From assembly GCA_964462245.1 (NCBI GenBank), contig CAYWXS010000012.1, positions 8,866-72,865 of the forward strand: a DNA stretch of 64,000 nt, written 5' to 3'. Position 1 is the first letter of the stretch. Every line of letters begins with the position of its first letter. This DNA comes from an uncultured Anaerolinea sp. Lineage in GTDB: Bacteria > Chloroflexota > Anaerolineae > Anaerolineales > Villigracilaceae. The notes beneath the pieces were generated by a model. The model saw only the letters and a list, made by a program, of their open reading frames with translations. It was not told the DNA's origin and ran no database searches. Both the position numbers and the translations under genes were made by a program. Positions 42,769-51,769 of this stretch are shown here, piece by piece.

Positions 42769-44652
42769 ATGAATCTACGTATTCGAAATCGCCTTGTTCT
42801 TCTTGTCGATCTTCTGCTCATCATTGTTTCGGTGTTGGGAAGTTATGCGCTGCGCCTGGAATTTACCCCGGACTTTGTCCGGTTTTATCTTCCAGGGGCT
42901 TTATGGCTGGCAGGGTTAGCTTTGCTGGTTAAACCGCTTGTTTATTATTTCTTTGGTCTTTATCGGCGTTTATGGATTTACGCAAGCATCAACGAACTCA
43001 AGCTGATTGCCACGGCGGTTTCCAGTGCGTCAATATTATTGTCGGTTATTTACGTCACTCTCTTCTGGTTGGGGGTCTTTGGGCCTGGCTTTCCTCGCTC
43101 GGTTCTGGCAATTGACTGGCTGCTCTCGCTATTTTTGATTGGTGGCACACGTTTTGCACTGCGGATTTTAGCCGAATCGGGCGCTCCTCGCAGGGCAGAT
43201 AAAACGCGTAAGATCATCGTAATTGGCGCAGGGGATGCAGGAGCGTTGGTTGTCAAGGAAATGCAAAAAAATCGATTGATCAGCCTGGAGCCGCTTGGGT
43301 TCCTGGATGACGATCCTGCAAAACAGAACCATTCCCTGTTGGGTGTGCCTGTAATTGGGGTATTGACTGACCTGGTAAAAGTGCTGGATGAGCGCCCGGT
43401 TGATGAAGTTATCATTGCCATTCCCTCCGCTCCTGGGCGGGTTGTGCGCCTTGTTGCGGATATTTGCCGCCTCAAGGGTGTGCCTTTTCGCACCATGCCT
43501 GGTATTTATGAATTATTAGGTGGTAAGGTTAACGTCAGCCGGCTGCGCGAGGTCGAAATCACTGATCTTTTGCGGCGCGAACCAGTCCGGATCCATGAAG
43601 AGTTGATTGGGCAGGTATTGGAGGGAAAGCGTGTCCTTGTAACAGGTGCTGGTGGTTCGATAGGTCGCGAATTATGCCGCCAGATTGCGCGTTGGAATGC
43701 TGCCAGCCTGGTTTTACTTGGTCATGGTGAAAATAGCATTTTTGAAGCCCTATTGGAACTCAAGAATGATTACCCTACACTTGAACTAATCCCTGTCATA
43801 GCGGATGTACGTGATACTGTGCGTATGCAGGCAGTTTTTGAGCAATACAAGCCGCAGGTTGTTTTCCATGCTGCGGCCCACAAGCACGTTCCTCTGATGC
43901 AGACCAATGTCGAAGAAGCTGTTGCGAATAATATTCTTGGTACGCTGAATGTAGTTGAAACTGCTGATCGCTGTGGAGTGCAGCGGCTTGTGCTTATTTC
44001 TACAGACAAAGCTGTCCATCCTGCCAATGTTTATGGTGCCACCAAGCGTATGGCAGAAATGATTGTGCTGGATGCAGCCCGGCGAACCGGTAAGGAATTT
44101 TCGGTGGTCCGTTTTGGAAATGTCCTGGGGAGTCGCGGTTCGGTTGTACCACTTTTTAAACGGATGATTGCCAACGGTGGCCCACTTCAAATTACCCACC
44201 CAGATATGTTTCGCTTTTTCATGACCATTCCCGAAGCAGTGCATCTGGTTTTACAAGCTGCAGCCATGGGTAAGGGTGGTGAAGCCTTTCTACTCAATAT
44301 GGGCGAGCAAGTTCGAATTTTGGACCTTGCGGAAGACCTCATTCGTCTTTCCGGTTTGGAGCCTGGACGGGATATTGAAATAGTCTTCACCGGCGTACGC
44401 CCGGGTGAAAAGCTGCGTGAAGAATTATGGGAAACTGATAAGACCTATGATCCCACTGCCCATCCGGATATTTTCCGTTCCATGGATGAAGTAATGGTCA
44501 GCAAAGAAGTGCTGCACACCAGCCTTCGCCGCCTGGTTGATCTGGTCAAAGATAGTTGTCCGGATGAAATCATCAATCTTTTGGATGAAGTTGTTCCGGG
44601 ATCCGCCATCCGTGCGACTCTGTCTCCAGTGGATGTGACTGATGTGGTCTGA
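42769..44652 (+). CDS. Membrane-anchored CapD/PglF/WbpM-type nucleotide-sugar 4,6-dehydratase
   Basis: Four N-terminal hydrophobic segments. VTGAGGSIGREL and NVYGATKRMAE motifs. 627 aa. Confidence 0.88.
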   Translation: MNLRIRNRLVLLVDLLLIIVSVLGSYALRLEFTPDFVRFYLPGALWLAGLALLVKPLVYYFFGLYRRLWIYASINELKLIATAVSSASILLSVIYVTLFWLGVFGPGFPRSVLAIDWLLSLFLIGGTRFALRILAESGAPRRADKTRKIIVIGAGDAGALVVKEMQKNRLISLEPLGFLDDDPAKQNHSLLGVPVIGVLTDLVKVLDERPVDEVIIAIPSAPGRVVRLVADICRLKGVPFRTMPGIYELLGGKVNVSRLREVEITDLLRREPVRIHEELIGQVLEGKRVLVTGAGGSIGRELCRQIARWNAASLVLLGHGENSIFEALLELKNDYPTLELIPVIADVRDTVRMQAVFEQYKPQVVFHAAAHKHVPLMQTNVEEAVANNILGTLNVVETADRCGVQRLVLISTDKAVHPANVYGATKRMAEMIVLDAARRTGKEFSVVRFGNVLGSRGSVVPLFKRMIANGGPLQITHPDMFRFFMTIPEAVHLVLQAAAMGKGGEAFLLNMGEQVRILDLAEDLIRLSGLEPGRDIEIVFTGVRPGEKLREELWETDKTYDPTAHPDIFRSMDEVMVSKEVLHTSLRRLVDLVKDSCPDEIINLLDEVVPGSAIRATLSPVDVTDVV

Positions 44653-44676
44653 CCTGGAAGGCTGATAAAACCCCCT

Positions 44677-45672
44677 ATGCCCCTGGTTTCTATTTCTGAA
44701 TGGCAGGCCTTTTTAACCCAACACCCTGAAGCCCATGTTTTGCAAACGGCTGAATGGGGTGCATTGAAATCGGCTTTTGATTGGGACGTGCTGCGAGTTG
44801 TCTCCGGTTCTGAAGGGGTACAGCTTCTGTTTCGGCACTTGCCGCTTGGTTTTAGCATCGCTTATGCCCCTAAACCATTAGATGGAACGGGCTTCCTCTC
44901 CTTGAGCGATTCGTTTCGGGCGGAGATTGACAAAGTTTGCCGTAAAAAGCGTGCAGTCTTCCTTAAAATTGAACTGGATACATGGGATTCGGAAACAATC
45001 ACGTCCCTGCCGGATTCCTGGCCCTTGCTACCCTCTCCGCACAACATTCAACCACCTCGTACAGTCGTCATTTCGCTTATTGGCAGTGAGGAAGAACTTC
45101 TGGCTCGTATGAAACAGAAATGCCGGTATAACATTCGATTGGCTGAGAAAAAAGGGGTGACGATTCGTGTCTGGGATGATTTGGAAGGGTTCCACCAACT
45201 AATGCAGGTGACAGGTGGCCGGGACGGTTTTGGGGTACATTCCCTGGCCTATTATCGTAAAGCTTACGAATTGTTCCAGCCGGCTGGTATGGCTGAATTG
45301 CTGCTGGCTGAATTTGAAGGTAAACCCCTGGCAGCATTGATGATTTTTGCGAGGGGTAATCGCAGTTGGTATCTGTATGGTGCTTCCAACGATAATGAAC
45401 GCAACCGTATGCCTACTTATCTGCTGCAGTGGCATGCCATGCAGTGGGCCAGGGCGCATGGCTGTACAGAGTACGACTTGTGGGGAGTGCCGGATGAAGA
45501 CGAACCCGGTTTAGAATCACAATTTGAAACACGACACGACGGGCTGTGGGGGGTATATCGTTTCAAGCGTGGTTTTGGTGGGCAGGTTGTGCGGGCCAGG
45601 CAAGCGCTTGACCGGGTCTATCTGCCACTGCTTTACCGTTTTTATGTCTGGCGTATGGGTCAGGCTATCTAA
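44677..45672 (+). CDS. FemAB-family aminoacyl-tRNA-dependent peptidyl/aminoacyl transferase
   Basis: FemAB-like pattern HVLQTAEWGALKS...CRYNIRLAEKKG...YLYGASNDNERNRMPTYLLQWHAMQWARAHGCTEYDLWGV. Confidence 0.75.
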   Translation: MPLVSISEWQAFLTQHPEAHVLQTAEWGALKSAFDWDVLRVVSGSEGVQLLFRHLPLGFSIAYAPKPLDGTGFLSLSDSFRAEIDKVCRKKRAVFLKIELDTWDSETITSLPDSWPLLPSPHNIQPPRTVVISLIGSEEELLARMKQKCRYNIRLAEKKGVTIRVWDDLEGFHQLMQVTGGRDGFGVHSLAYYRKAYELFQPAGMAELLLAEFEGKPLAALMIFARGNRSWYLYGASNDNERNRMPTYLLQWHAMQWARAHGCTEYDLWGVPDEDEPGLESQFETRHDGLWGVYRFKRGFGGQVVRARQALDRVYLPLLYRFYVWRMGQAI

Positions 45673-45696
45673 TTCTCCATATCGATCAGCGAGAAA

Positions 45697-46857
45697 TTAT
45701 TCTGCTTTGAGGATGTGCGTCAAAATGGTGGCTCCGCTGCCGCCAATATTCTGCGCCATACCTATTTTTGCACCGTCTACCTGACCTTTTCCGCATTCTC
45801 CCCGTAGCTGTTGGACTACTTCCACGATTTGGTACATACCGGTTGCCCCCACAGGGTGCCCCCGTGCTTTTAATCCGCCGCGTGTGCAAACCGGAATCCT
45901 GCCACCTTTTATCTGAATATCGTTGTCCAATCCCAGCCGTGGTCCCTGTCCGCGTTCTGCAAAACCGCAGGCTTCCAATGAAAGTGCAGCCATGATCGAA
46001 AAAGCATCATGCAGCTCAAACAGGTCAATCTGGTCTCTTTCAACCCCGGCCATTTCATAGGCCTTTTTTGAAGAGAGATAGGCAGCGGAAAGAAAAAGTG
46101 GATCTTTGCGGCTGTGAACTGCTATCGTATCCGTGGCTGAAGCTGATCCGGCTACGATGATCCGTGGACGTCCAGGCATTGAGCATACCTTGTCCGCAGG
46201 GACGATGATCACAGCAGCTGCGCCATCTCCAATTGGTGAGGCATCCAGTAAATTGATGGGGGTTGCCACCATCGCTGATCTTTCAAATTGTTCCACGGTG
46301 ATTTTGTCGTGTAACCGAGCGTATGGGTTGTACATAGCGTTGGCATGGGCATTGATTGAAAACGGGGCAAAGTCCGCATGTTTCCACCCATATTCAAACA
46401 TATAGCGCCGCATTATCAACGCGTTAAGTCCAACAAATGAGATACCCTGTTCCAGTTCATAATCTGCATCTGCTGCGGTGGCAAGCGCTGCCGTGACATC
46501 ATGTCCGGCTTTGTCGGTCATTTTTTCCACGCCGACCACGAGGGCCGAATCCATTTCACCTGCGGCGACCGCCATGACCCCAGCCCGAAAAGCTGCAGAG
46601 CCTGAACCACAGGCCGCTTCTATTTTTACTGCTTCGGCGCCCCACATGCCCACCCAATCGGCTATAAATGTACCAAGCTGATTTTGACCGCCCACCAGGG
46701 GCGAGAGCATATTTCCGACAAATAATCCATCCGGATGCTCAACACCTGCATCCTGCATGGCAGCAAAGGCCGCTTCGCCCGCGATTTCGCGCAGCGATTT
46801 ATCCCATTGTTCATCGATGATGGTTTGTCCAATTCCCAGGATTGCTACATTGCGCAT
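45697..46857 (-). CDS. Thiolase-domain protein (SCP-x / archaeal-type acetyl-CoA C-acyltransferase family)
   Basis: Active-site region EAACGSGSAAF and C-terminal GHPVGATG and NIGGSGA. GGAGGA precedes the ATG at 46857. Confidence 0.82.
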   Translation of the reverse strand: MRNVAILGIGQTIIDEQWDKSLREIAGEAAFAAMQDAGVEHPDGLFVGNMLSPLVGGQNQLGTFIADWVGMWGAEAVKIEAACGSGSAAFRAGVMAVAAGEMDSALVVGVEKMTDKAGHDVTAALATAADADYELEQGISFVGLNALIMRRYMFEYGWKHADFAPFSINAHANAMYNPYARLHDKITVEQFERSAMVATPINLLDASPIGDGAAAVIIVPADKVCSMPGRPRIIVAGSASATDTIAVHSRKDPLFLSAAYLSSKKAYEMAGVERDQIDLFELHDAFSIMAALSLEACGFAERGQGPRLGLDNDIQIKGGRIPVCTRGGLKARGHPVGATGMYQIVEVVQQLRGECGKGQVDGAKIGMAQNIGGSGATILTHILKAE

Positions 46858-47106
46858 ACCGTCCTCCACAATAAATATCTAATTCAATTGTACCGGATAG
46901 TTCTCTCAGGAGCTATCCAGGTTTGTCAGAAAATATCAATTAGCCCGTTTGATTACTTTATAAGTAAAATTGGATAGCTCCGAACGTTTTTATCGGTAAT
47001 TTTTTGGAGGCGTAAACTGCTTGTTTTTTGGTTAAATTGCAACTTTCATGCAGGTCAAGCATCTGATAAAATGCATAATCACAAAATAAACTTAATGAGG
47101 CTCAAT

Positions 47107-48084
47107 ATGTCTTTCAATCTAAGCAGTGTTAATCTCTCATCTGATCTGGTTGCAGAAAAACAAGTCAAAGTATTGGTGCTCGGTTCCGGACCCGCCGGTC
47201 TGACTGCAGCATTGTATGCTGCGCGTGCTGACCTTGCTCCAATTGTTCTAACCGGTACCGAATTGGGCGGGCAGGCAGCTTTGACCCACACCATTGAAAA
47301 TTATCCGGGTTTCCCGGACGGGGTGGGTGGTGCAGAACTTGGTGAACTATTTCAAAAGCAGGCTGAACGATTTGGTGCTACTGTGGAATTTGATACAGCC
47401 AACCAGGTGGATCTCTCTACTCGCCCATATAAGGTCACTACTGATAATGGTACTTATCTGGCAGATACTCTGATTATTGCCACTGGTGCCCGCCCCAATC
47501 ATCTGGAAGTGCCTGGCGAAGTTGCGTTGACCGGAAAAGGTGTTTCTTACTGTGCCACATGTGACGGCTGGTTCTTCAAGGAAAAGAAGGTTGTGGTAGT
47601 TGGCGGGGGCGACAGTGCTCTGGAAGAGGCCCTCTTTCTTACCCGTTTTGGTTCTTCTGTCACCATCATTCATCGTCGTGAGAGCTTGAGAGCTGGAAAA
47701 GTGCTTCAAAATCGTGCACTTACCAATCCAAAAATCAACTTTATTTGGAATACCGTGGTAACCGAAGTCGGTGGCACTGATAAAGTGCAAGAACTTAAAC
47801 TCAAAAATACTCAGACTGGGGCCGAATCCAACATGTCCGCAGATGGGCTGTTCATCTTCATTGGGCATACCCCAAATACCCAAATGTTTCGGGGTCAGCT
47901 CGAAATGGATGAACTGGGTTACATCAACACTAATCATTTTATGGAAACCAACCGCACAGGTGTTTTTGTAGCAGGCGAAGTCTCGGACTCGCATTTCCGG
48001 CAAGTTATTACTTCGGCTGGAATGGGTGCCTCGGCAGCAATCCAAGCTACGCATTTGCTTGAAAAAGAAACTGCCAACGCTTGA
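47107..48084 (+). CDS. trxB: Thioredoxin-disulfide reductase
   Basis: GSGPAGLTAALYAAR and redox motif CATCDG. GAGG lies 6 nt before the ATG at 47107. Confidence 0.92.
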   Translation: MSFNLSSVNLSSDLVAEKQVKVLVLGSGPAGLTAALYAARADLAPIVLTGTELGGQAALTHTIENYPGFPDGVGGAELGELFQKQAERFGATVEFDTANQVDLSTRPYKVTTDNGTYLADTLIIATGARPNHLEVPGEVALTGKGVSYCATCDGWFFKEKKVVVVGGGDSALEEALFLTRFGSSVTIIHRRESLRAGKVLQNRALTNPKINFIWNTVVTEVGGTDKVQELKLKNTQTGAESNMSADGLFIFIGHTPNTQMFRGQLEMDELGYINTNHFMETNRTGVFVAGEVSDSHFRQVITSAGMGASAAIQATHLLEKETANA

Positions 48085-48249
48085 ACATTTCTGGTGCTGT
48101 TGGCGGGAATATTTTTTTGGTTACAATCTTTTAGAGATTATGTGACAAAATCTACTATGTTTGTTTTAGATTTGAATTAAAATTTATTTACTCCCGGGGA
48201 GAGGAATTTTCGGGAGATTTGGTTATCAAAATGTTATTACGGAGGAGTG

Positions 48250-49185
48250 ATGGCAAAGGTATCTATTATTGGTGCCGGTATGACCGGTGCGACAACCGCC
48301 CATTGGCTGGCGGAACGTGAATTGGCTGATATTGTACTGGTCGATGTATTGGAAGGTATGCCGCAGGGCAAGGCCCTTGATATGTTCGAAGCGATGCCCA
48401 TCATTGGGAAGGATGTGGACATTGTTGGCTCAAATTCGTATGAAGCCACCAAGGATTCAGATATTATCGTAATCACAGCCGGTCTGCCCCGTAAACCGGG
48501 TATGAGTCGTGATGATTTATTGTCCGTAAATTCGGATATCGTTGCCAAGGCTACTATTGAAACCTTGAAGTATTCACCCGATGCCATCTACGTGGTACTC
48601 ACCAACCCGCTCGACACCATGGCCTACATGGTGATGAAGGCTGGCAATATTCCCGCCCATCGCGTTATTGGGCAGGCAGGCATCTTGGATTCAGCTCGCA
48701 TGCGTGCTTTCGTAGCTTTGGAAACCGGTGTCAGTGTTGAAAATATTAATTGCTATGTTCTGGGTGGTCACGGCGATGAAATGGTACCCCTGACAAAGCA
48801 ATCCAATATAGCCGGCATTCCTCTGCGAGATTATATCCCTGCTGATCGCCTGGAAGCGATTGTTAACCGTACCCGTAAAGGTGGGGGTGAGATTGTCAAC
48901 CTTTTGAAGACCGGCTCGGCGTTTTATGCGCCTTCAGCCGCAATTGCTCAGATGGTGGAGGCCATTCTGAAAGACAAGCACCTGATCGTTCCCTGCGCCG
49001 CATATATGCAGGGCGAGTATGGTCTGAATGATATGTTCTTTGGTGTTCCGGTTATGCTTGGTCGGAAGGGCATTGAACGGATCATTGAGTACAAACTTGA
49101 TGGTGAAGAACAGGCTGCCTTTGATAAATCAGCTGCTTCGGTGAAAGATACTATCCTGGCTCTTAAGAACCTGGTCAAACTCTAA
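48250..49185 (+). CDS. mdh: Malate dehydrogenase (LDH-like type)
   Basis: KVSIIGAGMTGATTA and GGHGDEMVP motifs, 311 aa. Confidence 0.9.
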   Translation: MAKVSIIGAGMTGATTAHWLAERELADIVLVDVLEGMPQGKALDMFEAMPIIGKDVDIVGSNSYEATKDSDIIVITAGLPRKPGMSRDDLLSVNSDIVAKATIETLKYSPDAIYVVLTNPLDTMAYMVMKAGNIPAHRVIGQAGILDSARMRAFVALETGVSVENINCYVLGGHGDEMVPLTKQSNIAGIPLRDYIPADRLEAIVNRTRKGGGEIVNLLKTGSAFYAPSAAIAQMVEAILKDKHLIVPCAAYMQGEYGLNDMFFGVPVMLGRKGIERIIEYKLDGEEQAAFDKSAASVKDTILALKNLVKL

Positions 49186-49190
49186 AACTT

Positions 49191-49226
49191 ACAGGAGCGA
49201 ACTGCCATTCGCTCCTGTATTTATTG
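49191..49226 (+). terminator. Intrinsic terminator (or attenuator) between mdh and citrate synthase
   Basis: TACAGGAGCGAA-ctgcca-TTCGCTCCTGTA, followed by TTTATT. Confidence 0.7.
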
Positions 49227-49244
49227 CCAAAGAGGAGAAAACAA

Positions 49245-50561
49245 ATGATTTTACATGAAAAAATTGCTCAGCAACTGCCTGAATGGCGCAACCGTTACAA
49301 GTCACTGGCCAAGGAACATGCCGATGTAGTGGTCGATAAAGTTACTGTTGGGCAGGTTGTTGGCGGTATGCGTGATATCAAATCGCTGGTAACGGATATT
49401 TCCTTTGTTGATCCGGCCGAAGGGATTCGCTTACGCGGTAAATCCATTCCTGAGGTATTAAAAGCTCTTCCCAAGCCACGTGGCGCAAAAATCCCATATG
49501 TGGGTGGTTTGTACTATCTCCTGTTGGTTGGCGAAGTTCCCACCCGTGACCAGGCTTTGCAGGTGGAAGCCGATTGGGCCAGTCGCGCTGAGGTGCCGGA
49601 CTACGTCTATAAAATGCTTAGGTCGATGCCCAAGGAAACGCACCCCATGACTCTGCTCTCACAGGCTGTTTTGGCCATGCAGAACGGGTCAAAATTTGCC
49701 CAGCAGTATCATGCTGGTATGAAAAAGGATGCCTATTGGGAACCGGCTCTGGAAGACAGTATGGATTTGATTGCGCGTCTCCCAGTGATTGCGGCTTTTA
49801 TCTACCGCATGAAATATTTTGGTGAAACCAAGAAGCCAAAATACAGCGCCCGATTGGATTATGGTGCTAACTTTGCCAAAATGATGGGCGTTGCCGATCA
49901 AAAGGGCTATGCAGAACTTGCCCGGCTTTATTTCATTTTGCACAGCGATCATGAATCGGGTAATGTTTCGGCCCATACCATGCATCTGGTGGGTTCTGCA
50001 CTCTCCGATCCGTATCTCTCGTTCTCCGCAGCCCTGAATGGATTGGCAGGCCCGTTGCATGGTCTGGCTAATCAAGAATGCCTGGGTTGGTTACTGGATG
50101 TGCATAAAATTTTTGGGGGCGTACCTTCTCGCGAGGATCTGTATAAGTTCGCTTGGGATACCCTCAATAGCGGTAAAGTCATCCCTGGTTATGGGCATGC
50201 CGTTTTACGCGTTCCTGATCCCCGCTTCACAGCCCAGATGAATTTTGCCAAAGAACACTTCCCACAGGATGAACTCGTCCGCCTGGCTGATATGGTCTTT
50301 GATGTAGTTCCGTCTGTTCTAAAGGAACAGGGCAAAGCTAAAAATCCTGCCCCCAACGTGGACGCCATTTCCGGAACCCTGCAATACTATTATGGTGTGC
50401 GTGATTTCGATTTTTACACCGTTTTATTTGGTGTTGGGCGCGCATTGGGCGTTACCCCTAACTATGTTTGGGCGCGCGCACTTGGTCAGCCGATTGAACG
50501 ACCTAAATCTCTTTCTACCAAAATGCTGGAAGATATCGTCAAAGCCGCACAAGCTGCTTAA
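49245..50561 (+). CDS. gltA: Citrate synthase
   Basis: HSDHESGN and GYGHAVLR motifs. AGAGGAG precedes the ATG at 49245. The track's TTG start (49224) lies inside the terminator hairpin. Confidence 0.9.
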   Translation: MILHEKIAQQLPEWRNRYKSLAKEHADVVVDKVTVGQVVGGMRDIKSLVTDISFVDPAEGIRLRGKSIPEVLKALPKPRGAKIPYVGGLYYLLLVGEVPTRDQALQVEADWASRAEVPDYVYKMLRSMPKETHPMTLLSQAVLAMQNGSKFAQQYHAGMKKDAYWEPALEDSMDLIARLPVIAAFIYRMKYFGETKKPKYSARLDYGANFAKMMGVADQKGYAELARLYFILHSDHESGNVSAHTMHLVGSALSDPYLSFSAALNGLAGPLHGLANQECLGWLLDVHKIFGGVPSREDLYKFAWDTLNSGKVIPGYGHAVLRVPDPRFTAQMNFAKEHFPQDELVRLADMVFDVVPSVLKEQGKAKNPAPNVDAISGTLQYYYGVRDFDFYTVLFGVGRALGVTPNYVWARALGQPIERPKSLSTKMLEDIVKAAQAA

Positions 50562-50573
50562 TTTGAAAATCAA

Positions 50574-50610
50574 AACACGGACCTCAGCACCAGGAGGTCC
50601 GTGTTTATTT
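50574..50610 (+). terminator. Intrinsic terminator after citrate synthase
   Basis: AACACGGACCTC-agcaccag-GAGGTCCGTGTT, followed by TATTT. Confidence 0.75.
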
Positions 50611-50680
50611 AACGAGAATTATATTATTTTCCCATTGCCAACTCGATCCAGTTCGAAATGGATAGCTATGGGGAAAGATA

Positions 50681-51514
50681 ATGAGTTTTCGTCTTGAAGA
50701 AAACTCGGAGGTTTCCCTGAATATGGAGCATACGCCCCTTGTTCTTATTCTTGTAGATGGCATGCGTCCGGATGGTTTGCTACAAGCTCAGGTCCCCACG
50801 TTAAGGCGACTGATGGCGGATGGCGCTTATTCTATTTCGGCTCGAACCGTACTACCCAGCCTGACACTGCCTTGTATTACAGCCATGATGCTGGGGGTCA
50901 GTCCTCAGGTTCATGGCACACAGACCAATAGATTTGCTTCACATGGCTGGGATGGACCAGGTTTGATAGACTTGTTGCATGCCGCCGGGTTTACAACAGC
51001 TGCTTTCACCAATTGGGAACAATTGCGTGACCTTTCCCAACCAGGGTCGCTGGACCTGTCGATCTGTCTCAATACCTCAGAAACTTACAGTCTCCCGCTT
51101 GGGGAAAGCGATGAAAGACTGGTGACGATGACCATCTCTGCTTTGCATTCCCAGCCCATGGATTTTATATTCCTTTATCTGGGATGTGTGGATACAGCTG
51201 GACACAAATATGGTTGGATGTCTCCTGAGTATATCCGCACGATTGAGAATGCTGACCGTTGTATTGAGCAGTTTCTCTCTGAGTTGCCCGCAAATACGAC
51301 GGTGATTATCACGGCTGATCACGGTGGGTTGGGGCATTCACATGGGCTTGATTCTGATGAAGAAATGTTCATCCCATTAATTATTCATAATGCAGGTCTG
51401 ACTCACGGTGCTATTCAGCGTTCGGTTTCCATTCTGGATATCGCCCCCACAATTGCAGCTTATTTTGGCATCAGTGCGCCCACGGGTTGGGAAGGGATCA
51501 GTCTTATTCCTTGA
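50681..51514 (+). CDS. Alkaline-phosphatase-superfamily nucleotide pyrophosphatase/phosphodiesterase (NPP-type)
   Basis: LILVDGMRPD, PSLTLPCITAMMLGVSPQVHG (nucleophile region) and ITADHGG. The start could alternatively be the ATG at 50723. Confidence 0.75.
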   Translation: MSFRLEENSEVSLNMEHTPLVLILVDGMRPDGLLQAQVPTLRRLMADGAYSISARTVLPSLTLPCITAMMLGVSPQVHGTQTNRFASHGWDGPGLIDLLHAAGFTTAAFTNWEQLRDLSQPGSLDLSICLNTSETYSLPLGESDERLVTMTISALHSQPMDFIFLYLGCVDTAGHKYGWMSPEYIRTIENADRCIEQFLSELPANTTVIITADHGGLGHSHGLDSDEEMFIPLIIHNAGLTHGAIQRSVSILDIAPTIAAYFGISAPTGWEGISLIP

Positions 51515-51644
51515 CCCCGCTTCGTTACTGTCCACAGGCTCGAATATAGGTGTTATCATCCACGTTAATGCTCACCTATTTGAGTGAGAAGATCGATTAG
51601 GGGCAAAACATGATCGATCCCCGTGGTAGTTTTTTTATTATACT

Positions 51645-51683
51645 GGTAAAAAATAGCAGTCATCAGAACCATATGATGACTGC
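51645..51683 (-). terminator. Intrinsic terminator after ptrB (minus strand)
   Basis: GCAGTCATCA (51656-51665) pairs with TGATGACTGC (51674-51683). A T-run follows on the minus strand. Confidence 0.7.
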
Positions 51684-51769
51684 CTTGGGAGATTAATTTA
51701 TGCTTATATAAATAAGTAATGTATATATGGCTGATACTTTTCCATGTTCATGATGTATTCAGTACAGTC

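Noticed and set aside
47347-48054. 235-aa ORF antisense to trxB, plus similar long antisense ORFs at 27546-28208, 18261-18836, 15622-16182, 53189-53683 and 57727-58155
   Set aside because: Each lies entirely opposite a gene with unmistakable family motifs. None has a recognisable motif or ribosome-binding site. Long antisense ORFs are common opposite real genes at this GC content.
50681-51514. Alkaline-phosphatase-fold protein considered as a PglZ-like defence (BREX) component
   Set aside because: It is small (277 aa) and has NPP-type nucleophile and metal-site motifs. It has no BREX, DISARM or other defence neighbours, being flanked by citrate synthase and a peptidase.
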